From the IMG/VR virus record IMGVR_UViG_3300005804_000122, positions 1 through 34,472 of that record: a DNA stretch of 34,472 nucleotides, one strand, 5' to 3'. The DNA comes from a virus (lineage: Duplodnaviria; Caudoviricetes). The notes beneath the pieces were generated by a model that had not been told where the DNA came from, did not search any database, and saw only the letters and a program-made list of their open reading frames with translations. The position numbers were made by a program, and so were the translations under genes. Shown one piece after another: positions 25,665-34,472 of the stretch. The stretch's first letter is position 1, and the number at the start of each line of letters is the position of its first letter.

Positions 25665-25728
25665 GTTCAAGGTTCAAGGTTCGGGGTTCAAGGTTTAACA
25701 TCGAACGTTGAACATTGAACGTTGAACG
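25663..25728. repeat. AGGTTCA / ACRTTGA heptamer inverted array
   Basis: 5 units AGGTTCA-like then 4 units ACRTYGA. Confidence 0.8.
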
Positions 25729-25737
25729 GGGTTTTTT

Positions 25738-26331
25738 ATGATGCAGGCGTGCAGACAATATCTCACGGCACGGCTCCAGGAGCTGCTTCTGCAGGATGGG
25801 GTGACCGCTCCCTTTCGCCCGGCCGATCCGGATACGCCCGGCGATCTCGGGACCATCTTCTTCGAGGAGCTCCCTCGGGATTTCCTGAAAGACAACGATT
25901 ACGCGGTTTGCTGTCTGCCGCTCAGGGACGCAAACAAACGCCACGGCAAGCTCATCGCCAGGAGCCGCACCCTGGGGGATGAGCCGCAATACACCCTGAC
26001 CCGGCGGCGCTTCAGCCGCGAGATCCTGTTCCGCTGCCTGCTCTACGGGGACGCGGAGGCGCTCTGGGGGACGGAGGGATTCAAGGGGCTTGCGGACCAG
26101 TTCAGCCAGGCAATAGCGGAGTGCCGGGTGGTCGCGGACAGCGGCAACAGCGCCATCCGGGTGGAGCCCCAGGACGCGGCCCGGCCCTGGGACTCGGAGG
26201 TCGAGAAGGACCGGAAATTAAGGCGGCCGCGGCTCGCCATCGTCCGGGTGCGGTTCGACGGAGGCATCCAGACCACGCGGGTGCAGCGCATTATACCGAG
26301 CGTGGAGATCATACCGAAAATCGGTGGGTAG
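25738..26331 (+). CDS. Putative tail terminator/completion protein
   Basis: Synteny upstream of sheath. Confidence 0.55.
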   Translation: MMQACRQYLTARLQELLLQDGVTAPFRPADPDTPGDLGTIFFEELPRDFLKDNDYAVCCLPLRDANKRHGKLIARSRTLGDEPQYTLTRRRFSREILFRCLLYGDAEALWGTEGFKGLADQFSQAIAECRVVADSGNSAIRVEPQDAARPWDSEVEKDRKLRRPRLAIVRVRFDGGIQTTRVQRIIPSVEIIPKIGG

Positions 26332-26341
26332 GAGGAACGAG

Positions 26342-26578
26342 ATGGCAAAGGACGATCGTAAGACTTTTGGCGGCAGCATGGTGGCCCCGCATCCCCCGGC
26401 GGACGGCAGGCTCCACCCGGTGGAGGAGCTGGCCGTTGCCAGGGGGGTGGGCACGGCGACAATGGTCGCAATCTGCCGGGCGTCGGGGTGGCTGCCGGGC
26501 AAACAGGTGACCGAGGCCGAGTTCGACCAGGCGCTGGAGAAGTTCCGCGGCCGCGCCATGGGCGGGGGAAGAATTTAA
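26342..26578 (+). CDS. Small conserved-type phage protein upstream of sheath
   Basis: AGGAGG RBS; GW.PGKQVTEAEFDQAL. Confidence 0.65.
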   Translation: MAKDDRKTFGGSMVAPHPPADGRLHPVEELAVARGVGTATMVAICRASGWLPGKQVTEAEFDQALEKFRGRAMGGGRI

Positions 26579-26645
26579 GGGTGAATTGTGAAGAGTGAAG
26601 GGTGAAAAAATTCATAATTCATAATTCAACCTTCATCCTTCAAAA
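26579..26645. repeat. NNGTGAA / TTCANNN heptamer inverted array
   Basis: GGGTGAA TTGTGAA GAGTGAA GGGTGAA .. TTCATAA TTCATAA TTCAACC TTCATCC TTCAAAA. Confidence 0.8.
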
Positions 26646-26659
26646 ACCGGAGGTTTCAA

Positions 26660-28342
26660 ATGAACGATGTATTCGAGTTTCTGATTGACGGCACCAGCGG
26701 GCTGGCGCCGGGCGGAGTCGAGGGGGTCTGCATCGTGGTCGGGGTGTGCAGCCTGGGAACGGTCGGCAAGGGGTACCTGCTCGGCAAATCGAGCGATCTG
26801 GAGACGCTGCTCGGGGTGGGTCCGCTGGTCGATAGGCTGCGCGACGTGTTCGCCGCCGGCGGGCAGAGCCCGGTGGTGATAGCCGTGCCGGTGACCGGGC
26901 TTGCCGGTGGCTACGTGACCCCGGTGGAGCACACCGGTACCGGTCCGTTGGCCACTACCAGCGGCGTGGTTGCGGCCAACGCCAACGTGAAGGTGGTGAT
27001 CGTGGAAGGCGGCGCTCCGGGCGTGGCCACCGCCAAGGTATCCGAGGACGGCGGGACCACTTACGGCGCCACGGCCGCCGTACCGGCGAACGGCCAGATC
27101 GCCATCGGCGCCACTGGCGTGACCCTGGTGCTGGCCGCCGGCGACCTGGTTGCTCTGGATGAGTACACCTGCCTGGTGCGGGCGCCCATCGGCCCCGTCA
27201 CCAAGGTCGGGACCGGCCCCGACATCACCGCGGCCGGGACGGTGAAGGCCGCGGCAGACGTGCTGCTGCAGATTATGTCCGCCGGCGGTCGCAACGAGGG
27301 GACCTACCGGCTCTCCCTGGACGGCGGGGACAGCTGGGGCGCGATACGCACCATCCCGGTGGACGGGGCCATCGCGGTCGGGACCACCGGCGTCACCATC
27401 ACCTTCCCTGCCCAGGACGGGGTTGCCGGCGACAGCTACGCGTTTCAGCTCCTGGCTCCGGCGCCGACCGTTTCCTCGGTCCTGGACGCGCTGGAGACGC
27501 CGCTCTCCCTGTACGACATGGAGTTCGTCTACGTGGTCGGGCCGTCCGATTCAACCGACTGGTCGGCACTGGGTGTGGAGGCAGACCGCCTGTGGACGGC
27601 CCACCGGCCCACCTTCTTCCTGGCCGAGACCCGACTCCCCTATGCCAACGAGACCATCGACGATTGGGCCGCCGCCCTGGTGGCGGAGCGGCAGGGTTTC
27701 GCCCACCGGTTCGTTTCGGTCTGCTGCGCCTACGGAGAGATATCGGACTCCACCGGCAGGCGGATCACCCGGAACGCGGCCGGTCTCGCCGCCGGCAGGC
27801 TCCTGTCCATCCCGGTGATGCGGGCGCTCGGCAGGGTGCGCGACGGGGCCATCTCCCAGATCTCGCTGCCTGACCTCTATACCGAGGGGCATCAAACCCT
27901 GCTTGAGCAAGCCGGGTACCTGACCTGCCGTCGCTATGCCGGGCTCTCCGGGGTCTACTGGGGAGACGAGCGGACCATGGCGGAGGAGACCAGTGATTAT
28001 CGCTTCCTCACCGTGCTGCGGGTGGTGTTCAAGGGGGTGCGCAAGGCAAGGCTGGCGGCGCTCCGGAGCATGTACGACGAGGCCGGGGATCCGTTCATGG
28101 GCATCAGCGCAGGCGGACTCGCCTATCTCCAGACCGGCATCGAGACGGCGCTGAACACGCTGGTCAAGGCCGTACCCAAGGAGCTCGCGGCCCACAAGGT
28201 GGTGATTCCCGAGGGTCAGGACATCGTGAACAACGGTGTGGCGGTGGAGATGACGCTTATCGGAATACCGATAATCCGCACCATCAAGCTCTTCGCCCGC
28301 TACGTGTACGCCGGCGGGGCATTCGACCCGAGGCTGCAATAA
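26660..28342 (+). CDS. Tail sheath protein (DUF2586-like)
   Basis: 560 aa; LEQAGY..YAG.SGVYW..SDY.F..RVV.K; followed by tube gene. Confidence 0.85.
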   Translation: MNDVFEFLIDGTSGLAPGGVEGVCIVVGVCSLGTVGKGYLLGKSSDLETLLGVGPLVDRLRDVFAAGGQSPVVIAVPVTGLAGGYVTPVEHTGTGPLATTSGVVAANANVKVVIVEGGAPGVATAKVSEDGGTTYGATAAVPANGQIAIGATGVTLVLAAGDLVALDEYTCLVRAPIGPVTKVGTGPDITAAGTVKAAADVLLQIMSAGGRNEGTYRLSLDGGDSWGAIRTIPVDGAIAVGTTGVTITFPAQDGVAGDSYAFQLLAPAPTVSSVLDALETPLSLYDMEFVYVVGPSDSTDWSALGVEADRLWTAHRPTFFLAETRLPYANETIDDWAAALVAERQGFAHRFVSVCCAYGEISDSTGRRITRNAAGLAAGRLLSIPVMRALGRVRDGAISQISLPDLYTEGHQTLLEQAGYLTCRRYAGLSGVYWGDERTMAEETSDYRFLTVLRVVFKGVRKARLAALRSMYDEAGDPFMGISAGGLAYLQTGIETALNTLVKAVPKELAAHKVVIPEGQDIVNNGVAVEMTLIGIPIIRTIKLFARYVYAGGAFDPRLQ

Positions 28343-28349
28343 CGGCAGG

Positions 28350-28419
28350 ATCGAGGAACGAGGACAACCTGAAGACCGTTTTTGCTTTCCTCGTGCCTCG
28401 AACCTCGATCCTCGAACCT
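28350..28419. repeat. NNCGAGG / CCTCGNN heptamer inverted array
   Basis: ATCGAGG AACGAGG ACAACC .. CCTCGTG CCTCGAA CCTCGAT CCTCGAA. Confidence 0.85.
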
Positions 28420-28441
28420 TTAAAAACCGGAGGTTTTTAAA

Positions 28442-28888
28442 ATGATAAACGGACAGCTGTACGACTGGGAGTCGGTGGAGATCATCCTCCCGAGCGGCGT
28501 GGCCATCGGGGTCACCAACATCGACTATGACGACGAGAGGCCGGTGGAGGAGCGCTACGGCCGGGGGAGCGTGCCCCGCGGCTACGGCAGGAAGAACTAC
28601 AAGGCAAGCGCCAAGATGGAGCTGGACCTGGACGAGGCCGAACGCCTCTCCGTTGCCCTGGCGGCCGAGGGCGGGGGCGGCATCTACGACGCACCCCCAT
28701 TCCAGATCGTGGTCTCCTACGGTGGCGACGGACTCCCCACGATTACCGACACGCTGCCGAGCTGCAAGCTCGTCAAGACCAGCTCCGGCGCGAAGCAGGG
28801 AGACGACAACGCGGGGGGCAGGAAATACGACCTCAAGGTCATCGATCCGATCCAGTGGGGAATGGTCGCGGCGATAACCTCAAAGTAG
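28442..28888 (+). CDS. Tail tube protein
   Basis: MINGQLYDWESV..YGRG..PRGYGR.NY; after sheath. Confidence 0.85.
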   Translation: MINGQLYDWESVEIILPSGVAIGVTNIDYDDERPVEERYGRGSVPRGYGRKNYKASAKMELDLDEAERLSVALAAEGGGGIYDAPPFQIVVSYGGDGLPTITDTLPSCKLVKTSSGAKQGDDNAGGRKYDLKVIDPIQWGMVAAITSK

Positions 28889-28923
28889 GGGGCGACCCCG
28901 AGAACCTGACAGGAGGATGAAAC

Positions 28924-29241
28924 ATGTCAAGCACGTTACCGCAGGCGGTCCAGGATGCACAGACCGCCGGCAAGACCGTCCTGGAGCTCATCGGCGACGA
29001 GGAGCGGAAATACTATTTCGCGAAGCCGGGCAAAAAGGACATCGAGAGGTTCATCGGTACCGCCACCAAGGGCAAGGCGGCCATGGCGGCGCGCAACCTG
29101 GTCATCGAGATGGCCATCTACCCCACGGGTGACGAATTGACCAGGGAGTTCGAGGAAAAACCGGGGCGCATGGTGGCGCTGAACAACGCGCTGCAGGCGT
29201 CCGTGGGGATGAACGAGGAGTTTACGGCAAAAAAGCTGTAG
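28924..29241 (+). CDS. Tail assembly chaperone (G)
   Basis: Between tube and tape measure; ends at A AAA AAG slippery site. Confidence 0.8.
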   Translation: MSSTLPQAVQDAQTAGKTVLELIGDEERKYYFAKPGKKDIERFIGTATKGKAAMAARNLVIEMAIYPTGDELTREFEEKPGRMVALNNALQASVGMNEEFTAKKL

Positions 29242-29429
29242 AGCTTCGCGAGGAGCTCCAGGGCAACTGGATCCGCCAGATGGGGGTCCTGGTCCGGCAC
29301 TACCTGCACTGCGAGCCGGCCCAGGACCTGGAGGAGCTCTTGGGGCAGTACGCGGAGGCGTTGTGGATCGAGGAGCGGCAGGCGACGGTGATGACCAAAG
29401 CCATGGCCAGGGCATGGGGAGGCAAGTAG
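29235..29429 (+). CDS. -1 frameshift extension of tail chaperone (GT)
   Basis: 64 open codons AVELREELQGNWIRQMG..AEALWIEERQ..WGGK ending at the base before the tape-measure start. Confidence 0.8.
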   Translation, partial: AVELREELQGNWIRQMGVLVRHYLHCEPAQDLEELLGQYAEALWIEERQATVMTKAMARAWGGK

Positions 29430-31634
29430 GTGGAAGGGATCTTTAATCTCGGCATACTCCTTCGGGTGATGGACATGGTCTCAGGGCCGGTGCAGAAGAT
29501 CATGCACCAGGTCGACCAGTTGCACGCCAAGGCGGAGAAGCTCCAGCCCGTTTTCGACAAGTTCAACGACTACGGCCGCTGGATTGCCGGGGCGGGGATC
29601 GCGGGGGCCATCGGCCTCGGGGTGGCGGTCTCCCAGTTCGCCAACCTGGAAGAGGCGCAGCTTCGGTTGCGCACCACGCTGATGGATTCGGCCGGCGTGG
29701 TCGGTCCGGAATACGAGCGGCTGAACGCCCTGGCGGACATGCTCGGCACCGCGCTGCCGGGCTCCACCCGGGACATGGTTGAGATGTTCATCTCCCTGCG
29801 GGAGCAGGGGGTGCAGACGAAAGCCATCCTTGGCGGGGTCGGAGAGGCGGCCGCCCAATTCGCTACCCTGATGAAGGTGCCCTTTGCCCAGGCCGCCACC
29901 CACGTGGCGAAATTCGTCGAGGCCCTGGGCATAGCCGACACAGAATCGGTGCCGTTCATGGACATCCTGCAGCGGCTCAAGGACGCGGCCGGGGTGAACG
30001 TGAACGACATGGCCGAATCGATAAAGTACTCCGGGGCATCACTCAAGGCGCTGCAGATACAGGGACTGGACGCTGGCCGGGACGTGAGCGCCGCCATCGG
30101 CATGATGGCTACGTCGAGCATCGAGGGTTCCCAGGCCGGGTCCAACTTCGCCATGGCCCTGTCCCGCATGGCCGAGATCAGCAGCCGCCTGGAGACGAAA
30201 AAGATCGCCCAACTGATAGGCCCCATCCTGGACGCCAAGGGAATCAAGCTCAACTTCTTCGACGACGCCGGCAACTTCGTGGGGATCCGCAACATGATCA
30301 GTGAGCTGGAGAAGCTGCGGGCGGTCAATCCCCAGGAACAGCTGATAATCCTCTCCAAGCTGTTCGGACAGGAGGCGTCCCGCCCGTTGTCCGTGTTCAT
30401 CAACCAGGGGGTGGCCGGGTTCGACGCCATGACCCTGCGGATGAAAAACCAGGCGGACATGCAGACCAAGATCCGGGAGATCATGTCAGGCACCAAGATG
30501 CAGTGGGAGACCCTGACCGGCACGCTCGCCAACGTGGTAGCCCACGTGGGCGGGGTCGTGGCCCGGGTGGCCGGGCTCATCGGCGTCATGAAGGCAATCA
30601 ATGCCCTTGCAGGCCAGCTCGACTCCTGGATCCTGGCCCATCCCAAGACCGCAGGGATAATCGGCGGGGTGGCCATCGCATTGACCGGCGCGGCACTGGC
30701 GGCCGGCAGCCTGCTCCTTGCCGTGGGCGTGGGCGGGACCCTGGTCACCAAGGCGATTGTGGGGTACGGGATGCTGGTCAAGGCCCTGTCGATCCTGCGG
30801 CTCGGCTTCCTTGCCACCCTGCCGGCCATCTGGAGCATGACCGCGGCACTGCTGGCCAATCCTATCACCTGGATCATCCTCGGGGTGGTGGCCCTGGTGG
30901 CGGGGCTGGTGCTGCTGTACCGGCGCTTCGAGGGGGTGCGGAACGCGGTAAGTATCGTCATGTACGTGCTGGGCTATTTTGCCGGCGCGGCGGTGAAGCT
31001 GGGCAAGGAATTGTGGAACGGTCTGCAGCCGGCTCTCAGGGCGCTGGCTCCGCTGTTCCATTTCCTTGCCGCCGCGGCCAGGAAATACGGCGAGATGATC
31101 AAGTGGGCGTTTCTCAACATGACCCCCCTCGGCTGGCTGATCAAGGGATTCCTCTCCGCGGAGAAATACCTGGCCAAACTAGACTGGCGCAAGAGCGGCG
31201 CGCAGATCGTGCAGACCCTGACGGACGGCATCAAATCCATGGCCATGGCGCCGGTAAACGCGGTCAAGGCGATCTTCGGGCGGATTCGGAACATGCTCCC
31301 CTTCTCGGACGCGAAAGAGGGGCCGCTGTCGCAGCTGACCCTTTCCGGTTTCAGGATCATGCAGACCCTGGGGGCCGGGATAACCGGCGCGGCGCCGGGC
31401 CTGCACAGGACCATGGCAGCCGCACTGGCTGGGGCAGCGCTGACCACCAGCGTGGCGGTGGTTCCGCCACCGGCGGGCGCCGCCATGAAGCCGTCCGGTC
31501 CGGCGCACGAGGCGCGGGAAGCGAATCGCCGGCCCATCGTCATCAACATTAAGGAAATCGTTCTGCCGAACGTGCAGAACGGCCAGGATTTTACCCGGGA
31601 GCTGCAGCGCCTCGCGGAGGGTTACGATGAGTAG
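29430..31634 (+). CDS. Tail tape measure protein
   Basis: 734 aa Ala/Gly-rich; IEGSQAGS, LFGQEA, LLANPITWI, LPFSDAKEGPLS. Confidence 0.92.
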   Translation: MEGIFNLGILLRVMDMVSGPVQKIMHQVDQLHAKAEKLQPVFDKFNDYGRWIAGAGIAGAIGLGVAVSQFANLEEAQLRLRTTLMDSAGVVGPEYERLNALADMLGTALPGSTRDMVEMFISLREQGVQTKAILGGVGEAAAQFATLMKVPFAQAATHVAKFVEALGIADTESVPFMDILQRLKDAAGVNVNDMAESIKYSGASLKALQIQGLDAGRDVSAAIGMMATSSIEGSQAGSNFAMALSRMAEISSRLETKKIAQLIGPILDAKGIKLNFFDDAGNFVGIRNMISELEKLRAVNPQEQLIILSKLFGQEASRPLSVFINQGVAGFDAMTLRMKNQADMQTKIREIMSGTKMQWETLTGTLANVVAHVGGVVARVAGLIGVMKAINALAGQLDSWILAHPKTAGIIGGVAIALTGAALAAGSLLLAVGVGGTLVTKAIVGYGMLVKALSILRLGFLATLPAIWSMTAALLANPITWIILGVVALVAGLVLLYRRFEGVRNAVSIVMYVLGYFAGAAVKLGKELWNGLQPALRALAPLFHFLAAAARKYGEMIKWAFLNMTPLGWLIKGFLSAEKYLAKLDWRKSGAQIVQTLTDGIKSMAMAPVNAVKAIFGRIRNMLPFSDAKEGPLSQLTLSGFRIMQTLGAGITGAAPGLHRTMAAALAGAALTTSVAVVPPPAGAAMKPSGPAHEAREANRRPIVINIKEIVLPNVQNGQDFTRELQRLAEGYDE

Positions 31635-32208
31635 TGACGGTGTCCTCACCTTCGCGGACGGCGTGGTAACGCTGGGAGGCAAAACCCTCCCCGGGATCCT
31701 GGTGTCCCAGACGGTCCAGGCGGCGGTGCGCTACGACGAGTCCCAGCACGACAACCAGAGCGGCCGGAAAAAAGCGATCCTGGGCTGGGATGATGCGACA
31801 ATTACGTTGACCCTGGACCTGCTCTGCGACGCGGAAGGCGACTGCTACGCCAAGCTGCAGACGCTGAACAGGCTGTTCAAGGGTGCGGAAAAGGGGAAGT
31901 CGGCGCCCCGGATTTACGACGTATCCGGCAGCCACGCCCGTGCCCGGGGGATCAGCCGGGTGGTGTTCGATGCCCTGGACTCCTACGAGTCGGACCAGGA
32001 AGACACGATCCAGGCGACGTTGACGTTCGTGGAGCACCTGCCGCCGGTGATCCGGAGGGAGAAGCAGGCGAGCAAGAAAAACGTCGCCCAGGCCGGGACC
32101 GCAACCAAAGCTCCGGCGACCAAGGCAACCCCGGCCAAGTCCCCCACCATCGTTAAGGACGATGAGTCAGCAATCGTGGCGGGCTTCCGTGCGGGTGGAG
32201 GCAGCTGA
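31627..32208 (+). CDS. Putative tail tube initiator/baseplate protein
   Basis: Directly after tape measure; overlap-coupled. Confidence 0.6.
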   Translation: MSSDGVLTFADGVVTLGGKTLPGILVSQTVQAAVRYDESQHDNQSGRKKAILGWDDATITLTLDLLCDAEGDCYAKLQTLNRLFKGAEKGKSAPRIYDVSGSHARARGISRVVFDALDSYESDQEDTIQATLTFVEHLPPVIRREKQASKKNVAQAGTATKAPATKATPAKSPTIVKDDESAIVAGFRAGGGS

Positions 32209-32990
32209 TGGAGATCAACGGGGTTCGCCTGGACATAACCATTGGCGGCCACCAGCTGGGCCGCGTGCCCGGCTGGTGGATCGAGTCCCTGCGGGACCAT
32301 CCCCTGGGGCGGGCCGGGCTCACCCTGCCGGATCCTGACCGGGAGCTGTACCGGTCGCTCAAGGTGGGGGACACGGTCTCCATGGAGTTCGGCTACCGCT
32401 ATGAAGAGGCCGCCACCTGGAGCGGCACGGTGGCCGAGATTTTCCCCGGGGAGACCAGGGACCAGCTGGAGATCCGGGCCGTGGACAACGCCCGGCCCCT
32501 CACCGCCACCCGGGTGGTGCAGGCGTGGGAGAACGAGACTCCGGAGGCCATCGTGGCCTGGTCGGTGCGGGCCGCTGGGCTGACTGCCGGGCGCATCGAC
32601 CCGACCGGCGTGGTGATACCCCGCTTCGTGGCATCCAATATCCCGGTGTGGCAGCTGGTGCGCCAGGTGGCCCATACCTGCCGCGAGGCGTTCGGACTGG
32701 ACATGGCCGAACGGGCGCTCTGGCTCGGGTCCGAGGGGGTCAACTGGTCGGACGGCGACGAGCCGGGCTATGTGCCGGTCATCGCCACGCACGAGGGGCT
32801 CATCGACCACCAGCCCGCCGAAGGCGCCAACACCATGGGGCTGGTCGAGACCTGGCTGCTGGCGGACCTGTCCCATTCCCGGCAGGTGCGGCTGCAGGAT
32901 GACCGCCGAGGGGTGGATGCCACGTTCCGGGCGCATCGGGTGCGGCACGAGGGAAACTCCGGACGGGCGAGGACGTATATATGGTACTGA
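32208..32990 (+). CDS. Baseplate hub protein (Mu gp44/P2 gpD-like)
   Basis: VGDTVSMEFGY..WSGTV..AWENET..IV; synteny. Confidence 0.7.
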   Translation: MEINGVRLDITIGGHQLGRVPGWWIESLRDHPLGRAGLTLPDPDRELYRSLKVGDTVSMEFGYRYEEAATWSGTVAEIFPGETRDQLEIRAVDNARPLTATRVVQAWENETPEAIVAWSVRAAGLTAGRIDPTGVVIPRFVASNIPVWQLVRQVAHTCREAFGLDMAERALWLGSEGVNWSDGDEPGYVPVIATHEGLIDHQPAEGANTMGLVETWLLADLSHSRQVRLQDDRRGVDATFRAHRVRHEGNSGRARTYIWY

Positions 32991-33079
32991 CCTTTGGTCT
33001 TTTTGTTATCTGGCTGATTTTAGGCGTTGGAGCTTGCTTCCAAACCAAACTGGCAAAGTAAAGCGCACGAGGTGAAGGC

Positions 33080-33817
33080 TTGAACGAAGCCGACCTGAAG
33101 AAGATCATGAAGCGGATCGTGGAGCTGGTGAAGCCCGATCTGCGCCATTACTACCGGGTGCCGCGCAAGGGGCGGATCATCAAGAGCTACGCCTCGGACG
33201 GGAGCTATTGGGCCGACGTGCAGCCGCTCCGGAACGACGACAGCGACGACGCCAACGAGCCGGTGATCTCCCGGGTCGAGATCCCGATATTGTGGGGCGG
33301 GCCGGACCGGGGCGTTGTCTGTCCCCCCACGGTTGGGACCCTGTGCGACATAACCTACTATGACGGGGACCCCAACTATCCCCGCATCAGCAATTTTCGA
33401 TGGGCCAGGAACCAGGCCCCGGCCTGTGAGCTGGGGGAGTTCGTCATCCAGCAGAAGCCGGGCGTCTACATCCGAATCACCCCCCAGGGGAACATCGTCC
33501 ACAAGACCGATGCGGACCGGATAAACGAGATCGAGGGGAACCTGACAGAGACCATCGGCGCGGACTGGCGGATCGAGGTAGCCGGGACCGCGGAGATATC
33601 GGCGACCGGCGGTGTCACCGTCACCGCTCCCCTCACCACCATCGACGGCAACGCCCATGTGACCGGAAACCTGGAGGTCGACGCCGCCATCACCGGTCAC
33701 AGTACAATATCCGACCACGTGAGGAGCATGGACGGGGATCGCGCCATCTACAACGGGCACCAGCACATTGCCGCATCTGGCGGCGGTTACACCACCCAAC
33801 CCCTGCAACAGGAGTAG
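33080..33817 (+). CDS. Baseplate spike (gpV/gp45-like)
   Basis: PTVG..C.I.YYDGDPNYP OB-fold, beta-helix repeats, C-terminal HQH motif. Confidence 0.85.
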   Translation: MNEADLKKIMKRIVELVKPDLRHYYRVPRKGRIIKSYASDGSYWADVQPLRNDDSDDANEPVISRVEIPILWGGPDRGVVCPPTVGTLCDITYYDGDPNYPRISNFRWARNQAPACELGEFVIQQKPGVYIRITPQGNIVHKTDADRINEIEGNLTETIGADWRIEVAGTAEISATGGVTVTAPLTTIDGNAHVTGNLEVDAAITGHSTISDHVRSMDGDRAIYNGHQHIAASGGGYTTQPLQQE

Positions 33818-33820
33818 GCC

Positions 33821-34261
33821 ATGGCGGACGATATCTTCGGACAGGACATAAAGCTCGGCGAATACGGAACGGCCCTGGTGGCGGCCAACGGCGAGCTGAT
33901 CCTCACCTCCGGGGTGGAGACCGGGGTGCAGGATATCCGGCTCCGGCTGGGGACTCCCCTGGGGGAGCTGTTCTACGATATCGACTGGGGTAGCCTGATC
34001 CATGAATGGTTCCTGGAAGAAAACAGCGAGGATGCACGGTCGGGTTTCGAGGCGGAGGTGGAGCGCCGCATCGAGGAGGACCCAAGGGTGGTCCTGGGCA
34101 CGGTGTCTTGCCGGGTGGCCGGCTGGGACGAGACCGGTTTCACCGCCCTGGCCTCGTGGGAGTTCATCGAAGAGGCACACCCCCTCAACCTGGTTATCGG
34201 CTACGACAGCACCAACAAGGAGCTGGTGATAAAAGATGTCAATCCAAGATCTGGTCTCTAA
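33821..34261 (+). CDS. Baseplate wedge protein (gp25/gpW/gp46-like)
   Basis: RLGTPLGELFYDIDWGS..EEDPRV. Confidence 0.8.
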   Translation: MADDIFGQDIKLGEYGTALVAANGELILTSGVETGVQDIRLRLGTPLGELFYDIDWGSLIHEWFLEENSEDARSGFEAEVERRIEEDPRVVLGTVSCRVAGWDETGFTALASWEFIEEAHPLNLVIGYDSTNKELVIKDVNPRSGL

Positions 34262-34472
34262 ATCCCTGGACGAGGTCCGTCAAGACCTGTTTGACAGGCT
34301 GGCGGCGAAACAGGAAGAGTACTCCGCCGCCGGTTGGCTGCCGATACGGCTGAACCTGAACAAGGGGATCATCCGCGGACTCATCGAGCTGTGGGCCTGG
34401 GGCCTGTGGCAGCTGTACCAGTTCCTGGCACTGGTGCTGCAGCAGGCGTTTCCGGACACCGCCACCAGGCTG
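34236..34472 (+). CDS. Baseplate J-like protein, 5' part (truncated by window)
   Basis: MSIQDLVSKSLDEVRQDL..GIIRGLIE..QQAFPDTAT open to the window end. Confidence 0.75.
   Translation, partial: MSIQDLVSKSLDEVRQDLFDRLAAKQEEYSAAGWLPIRLNLNKGIIRGLIELWAWGLWQLYQFLALVLQQAFPDTATRL

Larger units (their letters stand above)
1..34472 (+). mobile_element. Mu-like transposable prophage (contractile tail), partial; both ends outside window
   Basis: Mu-type gene order: repressor<-/ner->, DDE transposase, AAA ATPase, DUF3164, GemA, Mor/C, lysis, terminase, portal, protease, capsid, sheath/tube, tape measure, baseplate. Confidence 0.95.

Noticed and set aside
22542-28419. CRISPR array
   Set aside because: Repeats are 7-nt tandem units without unique spacers; no cas genes.
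1842-34180. Long minus-strand ORFs (e.g. 1842-3548, 6733-8049, 15558-16883, 21347-22597, 29570-30961, 33020-34180)
   Set aside because: Antisense shadows of high-GC plus-strand genes; no recognisable motifs.
1-34472. Mu ends (TG..CA), gam, mom, invertible tail-fibre segment, tRNAs
   Set aside because: Not recognisable here; the window starts at the repressor stop and ends inside baseplate J.

Overview
The window covers most of a Mu-like transposable myovirus (prophage). It runs left to right as repressor/Ner switch, DDE transposase A and AAA+ B protein, many small semi-essential ORFs, GemA and Mor/C regulators, GH19 lysis module, terminase, a portal-MuF fusion, protease/scaffold, capsid, contractile tail and baseplate, which is truncated at the right edge. 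No prophage end is visible. The main accessory element is an apparently intact diversity-generating retroelement (DGR) inside the head module. It comprises an Mtd/CLec-like target gene with a C-terminal variable repeat (19241-19356), a template repeat (19430-19545; all 14 differences at TR adenines) and a DGR-type reverse transcriptase. No avd is recognisable; two small unknown ORFs follow the RT instead. Other structure includes a dnaX-style -1 frameshift in the tail chaperone, heptamer-repeat arrays in late-operon junctions, repeat elements inserted in frame in genes, a holin-lipoprotein fusion, and a promoter closely followed by a terminator. A Desulfobacterota/Geobacter-like host is my inference from repeat style only. 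All product calls come from motif recognition and synteny, not database searches.
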